Shown: positions 11,065-23,957, numbered from the whole stretch's first letter. The stretch: 63,807 bases of DNA, filler included, from Guillardia theta CCMP2712 (GCF_000315625.1; 5 parts of 5 records of this genome joined end to end with filler, not necessarily neighbours in it), one strand, 5' to 3'. Made by a program: numbers and translations. Notes: generated by a model from the sequence alone, not told the origin.

Positions 11065-11620
11065 ATCCGATGACACGGCCCGGCGGACCGGGTACGGCCC
11101 GGTACCGCCGGGCATTGCCGCCGCGTGGGGCCGCCGCCTGGCTCGGAACTTGACTCTCACCGTTCAACGGTTGACTCACCGGCTACCGTAGCCTTGAAGC
11201 CTCAGAGGTCCCGGAGAGTCCGGCTCGCCCGGCCGGGCGGCGGTCGGACCTTGAGTTTTCAGCCTGTGTCACAAGTTCAATTAACTCAGCGGGCCCGGGC
11301 TATCTGATCGGACTGGCCGCATGGCTGGCATGCTGATCCCGGCATTAATCAGCAGTGCCGACGGTGCCACGGTGACCGTCTCACCGTGAGCCTCCGCCGG
11401 GCGGCCGGGCGGCCGGGCCGGGCGGCGGAGCCCGAGCCCGGTGGCAGTCACTCAGCCGCCCGCCGGCTGAGTGCCGCGCCAGCCCGGCGCTGCCATCGGA
11501 CTCAGTGACTTGGCCTTGGAACCGTCACGGTGCCTGCTCAGTTGCCAGCGCCGGGGCGGCCCCGGTACTACGGTAGCCTGAGTCGCCGTGTGTCAGACCG
11601 TACACAACTTGAACAGTCGG
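11065..11620. promoter_or_regulatory. GC-rich palindromic-motif island (3)
   Basis: Same word composition (ccgg, ggcc, acggt, ctcag, gtcac). Confidence 0.45.
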
Positions 11621-11723
11621 AGGTCAACATAACTTAACATAACATGGCATGCCAGGCTTCAGTCGGAACTTGGAACACTCAGTGCGCCCGAAATGATTCA
11701 GGGCCACAAAAAATATTTCACTG

Positions 11724-12705
11724 TGGAACAACTTGAAAATTGAGGGGGTGTTCGGCCTGAAATCTTTGTGTGTCACTGCCGCGCAAGCAAGTCCAACCTA
11801 CTAGCATGGAACAACTTGAAAATTGAGGAGGTGTTCGGCCTGATCTTGGAGACGGCGAGAAGTTCAGGGTATTGCGTCTCATCGGTAGACGAAGCTCAGC
11901 GACTCAGATGGAAGTGGGCTTTGACATACGTCTGGAATTAAGGAATCGACGAGCCTGAGGGTCTGGTGAGTGAAAACTTGGGGTGAGGAGGACACGTGTC
12001 CAGGGCGCTGTGCATTGTACTTGGTCACTGGAGTCACGGTTGCAAGGGACTGAAGGGGAGGTGACTGCTGTGAATAAAGGAAGTGTTGGTGGTGTTGTGT
12101 GGTTCTTCTGAGAGTTCTATCATCATCAGTGAAGGTGTTAGAGACTGCACAGCTGTGTATGATCGTTGAGGTGAATAAGGTTGGGGTAAGGATCTCAGGT
12201 GTACTGAGAGATAGTGTTTGGTGGATCTCAGTGGGTTAAATAGAGTCTGGCCAGTGAACGGTGGAGGTTGATTCGATTAGCCGGGGGTGTTCGGCCTGAA
12301 ATCATTGTGTGTCACGCTCCCGGAGTCCAAGTTTCAAGTTGTTCCATATAGTTTGGAGCAAGTCCAACCTACATGGAACAACTTGAAAATTGAGGGGGTG
12401 TTCGGCCTGAAATCATTGTGTGTCACGCTCCTCCAAGTTTCAAGTTGTTCCATATAGTTTGGAGCAAGTCCAACCTACATGGAACAACTTGAAAATTGAG
12501 GGGGTGTTCGGCCTGAAATCATTGTGTGTCACGCTCCTGCGGCCTGAAATCATTGTGTGTCACGCTCCTCCAAGTTTCAAGTTGTTCCATATAGTTTGGA
12601 GCAAGTCCAACCTACATGGAACAACTTGAAAATTGAGGAGGTGTTCGGCCAGAAATCATTGTGTGTCACGCTCCTGCGGCCTGAAATCTTTGTGTGTCAC
12701 GCTCC
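11724..12705. repeat. Tandem array of a 106-bp unit containing a 65-nt hairpin (3 full and 2 partial copies), plus 31-bp sub-duplications
   Basis: Unit gggggtgttcggcctgaaatcattgtgtgtcacgctcctc + caagtttcaagttgttccat-atagtttggagcaagtccaacctac-atggaacaacttgaaaattga; hairpins at 12328-12392, 12434-12498 and 12571-12635. Confidence 0.95.
11844..12285. mobile_element. About 440-bp non-coding insertion in the hairpin array, flanked by a 14-bp direct repeat
   Basis: GGTGTTCGGCCTGA at 11830-11843 and 12286-12299; the array unit resumes exactly after the insert. Confidence 0.6.
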
Positions 12706-15339
12706 CATCGCAAGTCAGCTTTGATGGCCATTATGGCCTTCACAGGCGTGGCTGGCCCTCCGAAGCTCAATCATGATGCATCGCCAATACGATATCAAAT
12801 ATCAAAATAAAAAATATCAATGTTGAAAGTTTCCCGCCACTGTGAACTCTGCGAAGCCGTACAGATATGAGGATGTGCAGCGTTTGACAGAGCAAGACAA
12901 GTCAGGTGAGCATTATCTCTTTTTTTCATCGAAATCATCACGGGAAGAGATCCAAATGACGTGTTCTTGATGCAGGTTGGAATGATTTGCAGTCTTTGGC
13001 AACTTGTATGAGATTGATGAACGGGTGAAGACTTTGGCAAGTGCCCAACCAATATTACAAACCGGTATCCAGGAGTACGTAGACGTACCAGTAAGCCGCC
13101 CAGCATACAAAACTCTCGAGACAATGGCTGCATACGAAGGGGGTTTCGACACATCGCAGAACTGTCCCGATGTGAAAAGGTTGTGACATGAAATGGGCAC
13201 AAACAAAGATAAGTTCAGGACTCGGGAGTCGATCAGGTCTAGGCAAAATATTGACATGGTCATCTCACTGCATGGAAGAACATGCAAAACTGAAGGAAAA
13301 GCTCAACGGAAAGTTCTAAATGAACAGATACAGCGCATTTTAGCAGTCACGGTCGGAGCAGCTCGATGCTTGAAACAAAGATGATCCTCAGTACAATCGA
13401 ATGATGACAAGTAAGTCCCGTGGTTCGTGAAGGATTCTTCATCCAATTCTTAAGGATGTGTTGGAACGATGAAACATTTTGCAAATCACCAATTTCATCA
13501 CACTGACTGATGCATCATGTAAATATTACTGGTGTGAACTTGCATCAGATTCTGTTCATCGGATGAGCCGCTACCAAGCAGTTGATGTCACAGCAAACAA
13601 GAGAGCCGTTTTGAAGATGTTGATATTCCTGACTGTAGAGCATTCAAGATGTGGCCACATGTCACATGCTTCTTGGTTAACGCAGATACACCCTCGCCAG
13701 GCAAAAGATGGAACGTCTTCAGGATTACAGGGAGGTCGGTTGTGCTTGTACCCTGATTGTAACTCTTCTAATAAAGATATGATAACCTGAATGTGCAATT
13801 CTGTTTGTTGATTCACAGTGTTTGCGACTCGATTGCAATCATCGAGTGCTTGCTCTGTTGAACAAGGCACTCCTCTGTAGAGCCATGCGACAAGAACACT
13901 ACAGTTGCACGGTAGCATTGCGACACCAAGACAGGATTGATCCGATAAACGTCTCATTTATTGATACGCAAAGGCATCATCTGCACATTGCTTCATTTCT
14001 GACTAGGTTTCTGTGCAATCGAAATCCTTGTGAAAATATCATGACAGAGGAAAAATTTGAAGCGAAACGGAAAAATCATCGAAATATGATCATAGATATA
14101 GTGATTCATGATCAACAACGGTTCTCTACAGTCATCTATGCGGGCAGGAACAGTCATCTTCTGTGCAAACGTCTCTTCATGTATCGTTGAACGGTTGAGT
14201 GCATGTAAGACTTGCCTCCATAGAAAGGTGAAGTGCATGAATCCTGACTGTAAGACTAGAAGAATTGAAAGCAAGTGATGACATGAGAACACATATCTAG
14301 ACACAAAAGTCGCTCAAGGTACAGCTGGATACAAATTTCTCACAAATCACAGTCATGCATTTGAGCGCAACGTGCAACCTACGGCAATTTGAATAAAGGG
14401 TCAATCAGAGTTGATTCTGTTCAATGGTGTATCGATTATCAATTCCTTACCTGATCATAAAAATTTCATCTTGTCTTCGAAGAATATTTGCAAGTACACC
14501 CGCGGATTGTTTGAACCTAGGGTGCATATTCCATTGCAGGATGGATGATTCAAACCTTGGCCCAACCTGTAGAGTTGAGAAAGAAGCTCGATCATCTCTT
14601 ACAGGTATGATATGAGATCTTCATCTCATTTCTATCTCAGTTGGGTTGGATTCGAAGTCTCTCAATATCAAAGTTCATCCTGGTGAGTCAGGAAGGCACC
14701 ATTTCATCGCTTCTTGCTCGTCCAGGGAGAGGGGGCTTGGGGAATGGGAAATGGGTGTTACCCCCACCCCCTATTGTAGAGTTTCAAACTCGTTCAAAGG
14801 TGGGTAGTTGAGGGTGCTCCATACCCACCCCACCACCCAAAATGACTCAAACGGAGGGGTTCTCGGATCCGAAGGAGTCCCGCCTCCATCACCCCCTCTC
14901 ATTTGAATTCAAGATGGTTCAGGCCGACCCCACATACAGGCTTGCAGTTTTCTTATGTATGCCCATATGATTTGATCGGACAGGCCCCAGGTTCAAGGGA
15001 TGAAGCAATTCACCAGCATGCTTGAAGATTTTTCATGGGAGTGGGGTTATACTTGTACCGGATGTGTACAATACATAGGGGAGAAACCCGAATGGTACCA
15101 AAAGAGTACCAAAGTCACATGGTTCGGACTGTACTAACTGGTACCAAGAAATTGTACTCAAGAAGACCCTACCCCTGAAAAAGTTCTGCTTGGCTCTTCG
15201 TGATTTGAATTCGGAACACGGTCGGAAGACCCACCCCGCCCCCACATGAGGCGTGGTATGCGTGGATTTGAATCTACCACCCTCACCGCGAAACGTTTTA
15301 GAGCTCCAAGGTCAATTGAGAAAGGCAACGCTATGCGAT

Positions 15340-15910
15340 GATCGCGGGCGGCCCGTGCCGCATTCGGAAGTTCCGGTATGCGTCTTCCGATGATTCCGAA
15401 TGATTCGGGGGCCTTCGGCCGGCGGTGGCCACAGCAACCACGGCCGACATCCGACGACCGGTGCCACAGTGGCCGGGCGGCATCCCGGAGTAGTAAGCCC
15501 GCCGTTTGGCCTCACGGTTACGGTGCGACAGTGTCAGGATCAAGCCGGCCTCCTCGACTCTCTCCTGATTGGCACGGTCCTCGTACTAGCCTGATTTTTA
15601 ACTTAACTTTGCGCAAGTTGAGTAAGCCTCTTCCGATTCAGTGAAGTTTCCGAAGTTCGGAAAGCCTTACCGGTACCGTACGGTACGCCGAGTGCGGCCG
15701 CCGCCAGCCTCCGTAAGTGACTGAGGCGACTCACTGTAAACTTTGAGTGACGGTTAGGCGACTGCCACTGATGAGTCATGCCACAGTGAGTCATCAGTGA
15801 TCACGGTGATCGGCGCGGCCAGGCTTTGATCATCTGAGGCCGCCAGTCGGCCCACGCTCCGCCGTGAGTGATTAGTTTAGCAAGTTCGCCTCAGGCGCGC
15901 TGCCCCGGAG
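15340..15910. promoter_or_regulatory. GC-rich palindromic-motif island (4)
   Basis: ccgg/ggcc, tgagtca repeats and aagtttccgaagttcggaaa; upstream of DNAJC11. Confidence 0.45.
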
Positions 15911-16627
15911 GGAGTGGTATGATGAAATGGAAAATAGGGGGTGGTAGATGGGGTGGGGGTATGAAACCAGGGAAAAATTGCAGACAAGTACGGGTGGTGG
16001 CAGAGCAGGCGACTGTAGAGGGGGGTTGATTCAGAAACGGACGGGTGGTGGTAGTACGAGAAGTCAGGGGGTGGGGGCTCTGAGGTGAATCTCATCAAAC
16101 CCGTGGTTCAGATATAGAAAATGGGGGTGGAAAGGTGGAAGGGTGGTCGGACGAAGTTTCCAGTGGTTGAATGCGGGCAAGGGTATGATGAAGGAGCCGG
16201 AGAAGTGCGAGGAGGAGAGCAGACGAGGATGCAGATGCTGAGATGCAGATGATGGAGATGCTGATGTTGGCGCTGTTGGTGCCAGTGATTAAGCAGTGAC
16301 TGTGATGGTCCGTATCATGATGGCGGAAAGAGATCCTCTAGTTTGTATTTGCGAGTGAACTACTCTGTAATCCGGGCATCATTTCTCGGAGAACTGATGC
16401 AAAGGGAGAGGGAGGATCTTCTTGGTCTTAAGATAGCTTGGACACGATAGGCGGTACCGTGACGACACTTCAAATGAAAGTTCTCGTTGCGATGATCTGA
16501 GAGGCTGCTTGTTCGATGTCGTTAGCTTGCTTCTTGCCGAGCGTACAAGACGTGCGCGTGTCCAGCTGTGGTGTTGCTCTTGCCATCGGGAGCACTCATG
16601 TACGGCCCCTGACCTCGAAAATTGCAG

Positions 16628-19232
16628 ATGGGAAGCAGGATGAGGAAGGAGGAACTGCCGAAACCCGAGTTCCCAGAAGAGTTCCATGCAAGGTGCGCTG
16701 CATGCGATGGACACTCCTCCTGCTCACTTGTTCCGACCTGCAGCGTCGAGGAGGCGAAGGAGAATGTGGAGAAGGACTTCTACGTCTACCTCAACGTCTC
16801 TCCGGACTGTGGAGAGGATGAGATCAAGGCTGCTTACAAGCGATTGGCTATGATCTGGCACCCTGACAGGTGAAGTGCACCACATCCTCCCTGGTTGCTG
16901 CGCCGACATCTCGAGATTGTTTATTGCTCGCCATTTTGACTTGTTCCTGTCCAATGCCTCTTGTTTGCCCTCTCTCACGCTCATCCTTGTTGCTTCATCT
17001 CTCTTCACTCTCTGGCCTTCCTTCGCCCTCCCACCTTCCTCCATCTACAACCTTCCTCCTCCATCTACACCTTCCTGCTCCATCTACACCTTCCTCCTCC
17101 ATCTACACCTTCCTCCTCCATCTACAGCCCATCGCGCGGCTCATCGCTCCCCGCAGGCACAAGGACGAGGATTCGCGGGCGATAGCTACGGCAAAGTTCG
17201 CCAAGTTGACGCACATTCACGACACGCTGACCGACCCCAAGAAGAGAAAACTCTATGATCTTTACGGGGAGAACGGGCTGACCTCAGGGCTGGAAGTAGG
17301 GGCGCACCTGAAGACAGCAGAGCAAGTGAGGGAGGAATACATGAGGCTGCTGGCCAAGAAGAATCAAAAGAGGATCGAGAGCAAACTCGGCGTCACGGGA
17401 GTCCTGCAAGCTAACCTGCAGCTGAAAGACTACCTCGGGTCTGCCACCTCCTCGTCCTCGTCTTTGTCCTCGTCCTTGCTCTTGCTCTTGTCCTTGTCCA
17501 TGTCCTTGTCCTCGTCCTCGTCCTTGTTCCAGTCTCATTCTCAATTGTCCACGTCATGCTTTCACCCTTGTCTTCCCTCCCTTTGTCTACTTCCTTCGCT
17601 CCTTCTTCCTGCTCCTACTCTCAACCTTTCTTCACGGACGGGAGCTCCCACAAGCTGGTAACGGCGAGGGCAGGGGCGTGTTGGACCCGGACAGTGCAGT
17701 GGTGGTCGCGTATGCTGGAGAGCCGAAGAGCACCAACCGGAAGAGTGTGTTTCAGGTTGACAGGAGGGAGGGTCCGTGTCAGGAAGGCTCCTGACCCCGC
17801 GTCTCCTGCACAGTCAACCATGATAGCTGAGCGTTTCAGGACCAACCTCTCCAAGAAAGACACCTTCGAGCTGCAGGTGTGTTTCTGTTGAAGTCCGTGC
17901 GATCCTGCATCGACGTTTGCGCAGGGTCAAATCCTTGCCAAAAATGGGAAGGGGGCAGGAGTGATATCTATGATCGCTCACAGACAATTCTCTCGCAGAT
18001 CAGGAGCCAAAGTACTCCATTTGCTTTCCCTCTTCCTCCTCCTCCTCCTCCTTGTCCTCGTCCTCCTCCTCTCCACGCAACTCCTCCTTCTGCTTTCTTT
18101 CACCTTTCCCCCTCTGGACTTCTGCTCTTGTGATTCCTGCTACTTCCTTGTTCTTGAGGACAGCTTTGTCCCCCCCTCAACCCCCCCCCCCCTCCCTCCA
18201 CCTTCATTACAATATACTCTTCTCCATGCTCTCGTTTCTTCCCTCTCCCTCCTCTCTGCCCCCATCTGCCAGCTACTCGGATCGCTTCCTCTTCTCCCTC
18301 TTCCTCCGCCCTAATCTCCTGTAAGCGCTTTCTCACTCCGCCTGTCTTCAGATCAGCGGGCAGATCGGTCTGGGATACGACAACCTGCCTCTCGCCTTGT
18401 CGACCTTCCGCAAAATCTCAGATGACTGCATTGCCAAACTTTCTCTGCAGCTGGCTGGTGCTGTCGCTCAGCTCAAGGTCAGCTGGTCCCTCCCTCCGTG
18501 GCCTTCGACCTCCTCTTGTTCTCCTTCTTACCTTGTTCACGGACTCTTCCTCTGCTGCACCCTCTGCCTCTCCGTTCCTTTGCTGCTGCTGCTGCTGCTG
18601 CTGCTGCTTTCTACCTTCTTAGTGCCCTCCCTCCTTTCTTTCTTGTATGATTTTCTCTTCCCGAGTCCCTCTTCTTGAAATCGGTTTTTGGAAGCTTGCT
18701 CCTGTCTTCCTCTTGTGGTACTCTTGTCTGTTTGCAGTTCACCTCCCCACCTCTACTTGCTTTTATCGTGAATGTTGGAGTGTTCTCCATCTCTTTTGAA
18801 CCTGGCTTGTTATTTCTCGTCTCTGACATCTTTTTAGTGTGCTGTCATCCGAACACTGACAGCTCGGACGACTGGGAAACTTCAGTACATCCTGGGAGGA
18901 GAAGATTGGGGGATCAGGGTAATCCTATCATGAGGATGAAGATGAGGATGAGGATGAGAATCCGGATGATGATAATGACGATGACGATGATGATGATGAT
19001 GACGATGATGACGATGATTGAGATGACGACGACGGCGACGATTCAGATCGAAACAATGCCGTGATGAGATCCGACTGATATCTTTGTTTCCTTCAGCTCA
19101 AGGGAAATCGACTGGGAGAAGCCACGACAATTAGCGCAAGCATGTTCGTTGGATACAAGATTTACAGGTTGATGCAGAAACACGGAGGCTGAACGGGAGT
19201 AGTGAGGGATGATGACGACGATGGTGATGATG

Positions 19233-19264
<32 letters not shown>

Positions 19265-21209
19265 GATGATGATGGTGATGGTGATGGTGATGATGATGGT
19301 GATGAACCACGACGACGAAAAAGTTAATGATTACAATTATGATGATGATGGATATGATGATCACGATGATGACGATAGTGATGGAAGTGTCGTAGACCAC
19401 CGTCGTAAGGGTGATGGAAATGATCATGATGTCATCTACATTTGCAATGGTTTTGTTCGTGCGGAGCGAGAGGCGAGCAATGAGAGGATGTTGCGATGAA
19501 AACTCATGATAGGGTGACACTGACGAGCTTGTTGCTTTCTCAGCTTCTCAACGTTGTGGAACAAGAGGCTTTCTCAGAGAACGACGCTGACTTCATTGAT
19601 CAACATCGGTTACGATGGCATCAAGGTCTCCTTGCTGCAATCCCAGCCAACTGTCCTCTACTGCACTTGTCTTTCTTCTTCACTTCCCTCATGTTTCCTG
19701 CATTCTATCTTATCTGCCTGTGATATTTTGGTTTTCCTCCTTGTTACCTCCCTTTCTCTTTTGTAATCTTCTGATTGCCTTGCAATTATTTGTTCCTTTC
19801 TTCTTTTCTTCTCTATTCTCCTGTATCCCCTCTCCACTCTCTCCTCTCTTCTTCTCCCCTCCCTCCCTCCTCTCCTCTCCTTGAAACTTCTCCTATTCTT
19901 CTCGTCTTGTATCCTCTCTTCTCGTCGTTCTCTCCTCCTCTCTTCTCTAACTTCCTGTTTCACCCCCTTCACCTTCTGTCTTTCTTTGACAACTCTCCCT
20001 CACTCCTTGTCTTTAGTGGGACATGGGCTGCCGTCGTCGAATCTCGGGCAACAGCTCCTTATCCTGCAGGTATCTCCTCCTACTGCGGCTCCTTCCTCCC
20101 TCTATCGTCTTGCTACCTCATGACCTGACGTTACCGACTCCTCCCCCGATTATTCTCGTCCTCTTCTCAGTCGAGCGAGTCAAACCTGCTCTGCTTATCA
20201 ACTGCTCGAACGTGTTGCCGATTGTCTATGGAATGTTGTCGAATGCCGCCGTGTGATTTCAAAACCTCTTGTGCGATTTGAATTTGTTCCGCGTGTTTTC
20301 AAGTCCCACCTGTCTTCTCTCGTCCCTTATTGCTCATCATGGCCCTGCAGCTGCACCCTGGACTTCCTTAAAGGCGTCACCTTGAAATTTTCTGTACGAA
20401 TTCCTCCTTCTTCGCCCCCCCCCCCTCNNNNNNNNNNNNNNNNNNNNNNNNNNNNNNNNNNNNNNNNNNNNNNNNNNNNNNNNNNNNNNNNNNNNNNNNN
20501 NNNNNNNNNNNNNNNNNNNNNNNNNNNGTAGCAGGCACGATCCTTCCTGCAGTCTCCGGAATCCTCGCCAAGGTCCTCCTCCTGCTCCTCCTGCTCCTCC
20601 CGCTCGCTCTCCCTGCCCCCCTGCGTCTCGTCGTATTCCTTGTTCTGCTGCAGCTTTCCGCTCCCGCATCTTGCTCTTGATCGTCCACCTTCTCCTTCTC
20701 CTTCTCCTTCGTCCTTCTCCTTCTCCTTCTCTTGCTTCTGCTGCTTCTGCTGCTTTCTACCTACATAGTGCCCTCCCTCCTCTCTTCCTTGTATGATTTC
20801 TTTTCCTCAGGCTCTCTGGCTGGGGCCGCGTGCAAAGAGACGGAAGGAGCGGAAGCTGCGCAAGATGAGGGAGGAGAACGCAGAGGTTAGCCTCCCTCCT
20901 CTTACCTCCCTTCCTCTTTTTCCCTTTCTCTTGCTCCTCCCTCCTGCTCCTCCTCCTCTTTCTCGCCACCGTGCTTCTGTTTCACCAGTCCATTCTCCTT
21001 ACCCTCGCCCGCTCTCAATTCTCCTTGCTGCTTGCTCTGTCTGTCCTGGCAGCCTTCTCCTCCCTTCGACACGCTTCCTTCTTCCCTTGTGCTCTTGTGC
21101 TCTTCTTGCGCCTCGTTATGTTCCAGCTCCTCCTGTTTCTCCTCAAACTGCATTCCAGGGCATCACGAGGGCGAGACAAGAAGCAGCATCAGATGTGGAG
21201 CTGATGCGG
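16628..21209 (+). CDS. DNAJC11: DnaJ homolog subfamily C member 11 (multi-exon; C-terminus presumably in the gap)
   Basis: J-domain DFYVYLNV...[19 protein letters not shown]...[18 protein letters not shown] followed by [18 protein letters not shown]; later [36 protein letters not shown]. Start codon approximate. Confidence 0.85.
19208..19303. repeat. (GAT)n/(GGT) microsatellite in a DNAJC11 intron
   Basis: Visible trinucleotide run; a similar run lies at 21307-21413. Confidence 0.95.
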
Positions 21210-21305
21210 GTGAGTGATCTTGCGCGAGGGAGGGAGATCATGATCATGATGATAATGATGGAGATGATGATGATGATGACGACGACGAAGTTGATGATTA
21301 CAATT

Positions 21306-21414
<109 letters not shown>

Positions 21415-21672
21415 GTGGAGGAGGAGGAGGAGGAGAAGGAGAAATAGGAGGAGGAGAGAGACTTCAGCAGCAGTAGGAGCACCACGGAGAAGAGCAGGAG
21501 ATGTTTGCTGCACGGGGGGGGAAGGAGAAGAGAAATCGCTGATGTTTTTTGCCGTCCTCCCTTTGGAAGAAGNNNNNNNNNNNNNNNNNNNNNNNNNNNN
21601 NNNNNNNNNNNNNNNNTTAATTAATTAANNNNNNNNNNNNNNNNNNNNNNNNNNNNNNNNNNNNNNNNNNNN

Positions 21673-21866
21673 CCTCCTCCTCCTCCTCCTCCTCCTCTCC
21701 TCTCCTCTCCTCCTCCTCCTCCTCCTCCTCCTCCTCCTCCTCCTCCTCCTCCTCCTCCTCCTCCTCCTCCTCCTCCTCCTCCTCCTCCTCCTCCTCCTCC
21801 TCCTCCTCCTCCTCCTCCTCCTCCTCCTCCTCCTCCTCCTCCTCCTCCTCCTCCTCCTCCTCCTCT
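21673..21866. repeat. (CCT)n microsatellite
   Basis: Visible run at contig start. Confidence 0.95.
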
Positions 21867-21942
21867 TCGTTCACCACCTCCAGCTCTTCCTTCCCCGCCC
21901 CCCCCACCTCCTCCTTTAAGTGGACGGGCAGGTCGGTTCAAG

Positions 21943-22356
21943 GTCTCATCCCCAAGATGTCGGAGCCTTCAGGCATCAACGCTGTCGCTCGTTCGCACCG
22001 ACGGGACGTGCTGGCGGTCGCCAACGACTTTGGGCTTGTGGTGATGCGAACCAGGAGAGAAGGAGGAGCTGACGAGAAAGCAGAGGCTGTACCGCTACCC
22101 CTGCCCTTATGTCGGGTCCAAACACAAGAGATACGCGGTACCTCCCTCCCTTCAGTCACCTGCTTGCTTCTCCCTCCGTTCCCTGCCTGATACCCCTCTT
22201 CCTCTCCTCCCCTCCTCTCCCCTCTCCTACCCTCCTCTCACCACCCTCTTCCTTTACTTCTCGTCCCTCCCTGAAGCCTGACAGGGCCACTCCTCACTCG
22301 TTGCTAACTGTCGCTTCACCTTCAACGACAAGTACCTCATTACAGTGGGTGCCAAG
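21943..22356 (+). CDS. EML (echinoderm microtubule-associated protein-like) WD40 protein, C-terminal exons
   Basis: GINAVARSHRRDVLAVANDFGLV / RLYRYPC / GHSSLVANCRFTFNDKYLITVGAK matches the EML last-blade motifs (DINAV..S..L.LATADDFG.V.LF.YPC...GHSSHVTNV.F). Confidence 0.75.
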
Positions 22357-22648
22357 GTCAATCCTGCTCCTTCTCCTGCTGCTGCTGCTGCTGCTGCTGC
22401 TCCTCCTCCTCCTCCTCCTCCTCCTCCTCCTCCTCCTCCTCCTCCTCCTAACCTGTATCTGTCCCTGCACTCCTCCTCATTCCTCGCTCTCGGCTTCTCC
22501 CCTGGCATGGCGCAAGGGACTTCGATGGTCTTACGAGCCAACAGGATCGAGCGATCATGCAGTGGGAGCACATATCAGACTGAGCGTGAGCTGCTCATGT
22601 TTATAATCTTATGATGTCGGTAATGTACAAGGTTCTCCTCCCTGACCC

Positions 22649-23957
22649 TCACAGACCCCTACCAATCTCTCCCTCCTCCTCCGCCTCCGGCCCTGCCGCC
22701 GCTCCCTCCTCCTGCCCGATCACCTGCGCCATCGTATCCTGTTCTGTTCGTCTCGTCCAGTCTGTCCTGCCCTCAGCAGCGGCCATCTCATACACTAAGT
22801 TCGCATCCTTGGCCGTCATCGTGTCAGATCCTGCCGTGACCGCATGGATGTCGATCGCTGTCTCCGCCTCGCCCTCCATCCTCTCTAACTTGTCTCCTGA
22901 CGTCCCTGCCGCCTCCTCCGCCTTTGCGGGTTCCGTGTAGATGAGCGAGCTGAAGGGCGTCCTGCAGATGGGGCAGAGCAGCCCCTCTCGCTTCTGCCAC
23001 CTGCACAGCATTTCCGAGACACACTGAACGCAGAAGACGTTGTGCTGGCAGGGCCTAAGTTGAATGTCCCGCTTGCGATCGAAGCAGAGCACGCACATGT
23101 CAGCACAGGAGAGCTGCGATCGCTGGGAGATGTAGGAGGCGACGGTGGAGTCGAGGTACTCGCTCACGCCCGAGTGGTTGGGGATGAGGAGGTTGATGTC
23201 TCCGTGCTCCCAGTCAACATGCAAGTTCATTATCTTGGGCGAGAGCGACGTCGACGCCTGTGCCAGGTGTATCCTGCCCTTGGGGACGTGGCGAAGGGTC
23301 TCGAGGATGATCTCTGCCCTCTTCCTCGTCTCGAAGCTCACAGGAACCACGAAGCCCGGATGAGCGGGAAGGTCGTCAGTCTCATCCTCAGCCCGCAGCA
23401 CCAGGTCTCGTCTCCTCCCCCGATACATGTGATTGAACACGCAGAGACAGAGGAGCGAGAGGAAACAGAAGGACAAGACTCCAACAATCACCATCATCAT
23501 GTCCCCATTGCCCAGTAGACATGTTGAGGAGGAGCAGATGCAGTCGACCGTGAGGTCAAGCATGAAGCCTTGGGAGTGATCAAAAGGAAAACCACCCATC
23601 CTTTTGCTGGAGGTATAGAATCCGCCTTACTCACCTTCTCGCTATCCTCTCCACTTCCTTGCTGTGCTTGCATGTTGATAGCAAAGATGGTGTTGTTGTA
23701 CACAAGTGGTGACTGTAAAGGCGACGAGGCAAGAAACCAGTCTGACTTTGTCCCCCGCACAATTATATAGTTTTCGGTCGCGTGGTACCAGCCTGTGCAA
23801 CCTTCGCATAAGGTGACGTTCTTGATTGAATATTTCCATTCAGGAAAGAGTGCGTCGAAAAGCCTTCGATCTTCACCTGTTGGCATGGAATTGCCCGAGT
23901 GTTTCCCAAGAGGAAAGCAAACAAACCGACAAGAGAAAATCGAGCCTGCGCTTTCAT
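22649..23957 (-). CDS. Signal peptide + TM + C3HC4 RING (zf-C3HC4_3-like) E3 ligase, with an apparent 1-nt frameshift near 23835
   Basis: MKAQARFSLVGLFAFLLG signal; TM MMMVIVGVLSFCFLSLLCLCVF; CVLCFDRKRDIQLRPCQHNVFCVQCV...CPICR. Confidence 0.75.

Noticed and set aside
12726-12738. GGCCATTATGGCC (SfiI adaptor-like site)
   Set aside because: Single 13-bp match with no other vector sequence; treated as chance.
18595-18672. Degenerate copy of the intron end at 20745-20818
   Set aside because: Short, follows a (CTG)n tract and lacks the AG acceptor; most likely local slippage or a consensus artefact.
21617-21628. TTAATTAATTAA palindrome inside N runs (also at 40832, 47518 and 59236)
   Set aside because: Identical, centred in fixed-length gaps and giving stops in all six frames: an assembly linker, not biology. 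True gap sizes are unknown.
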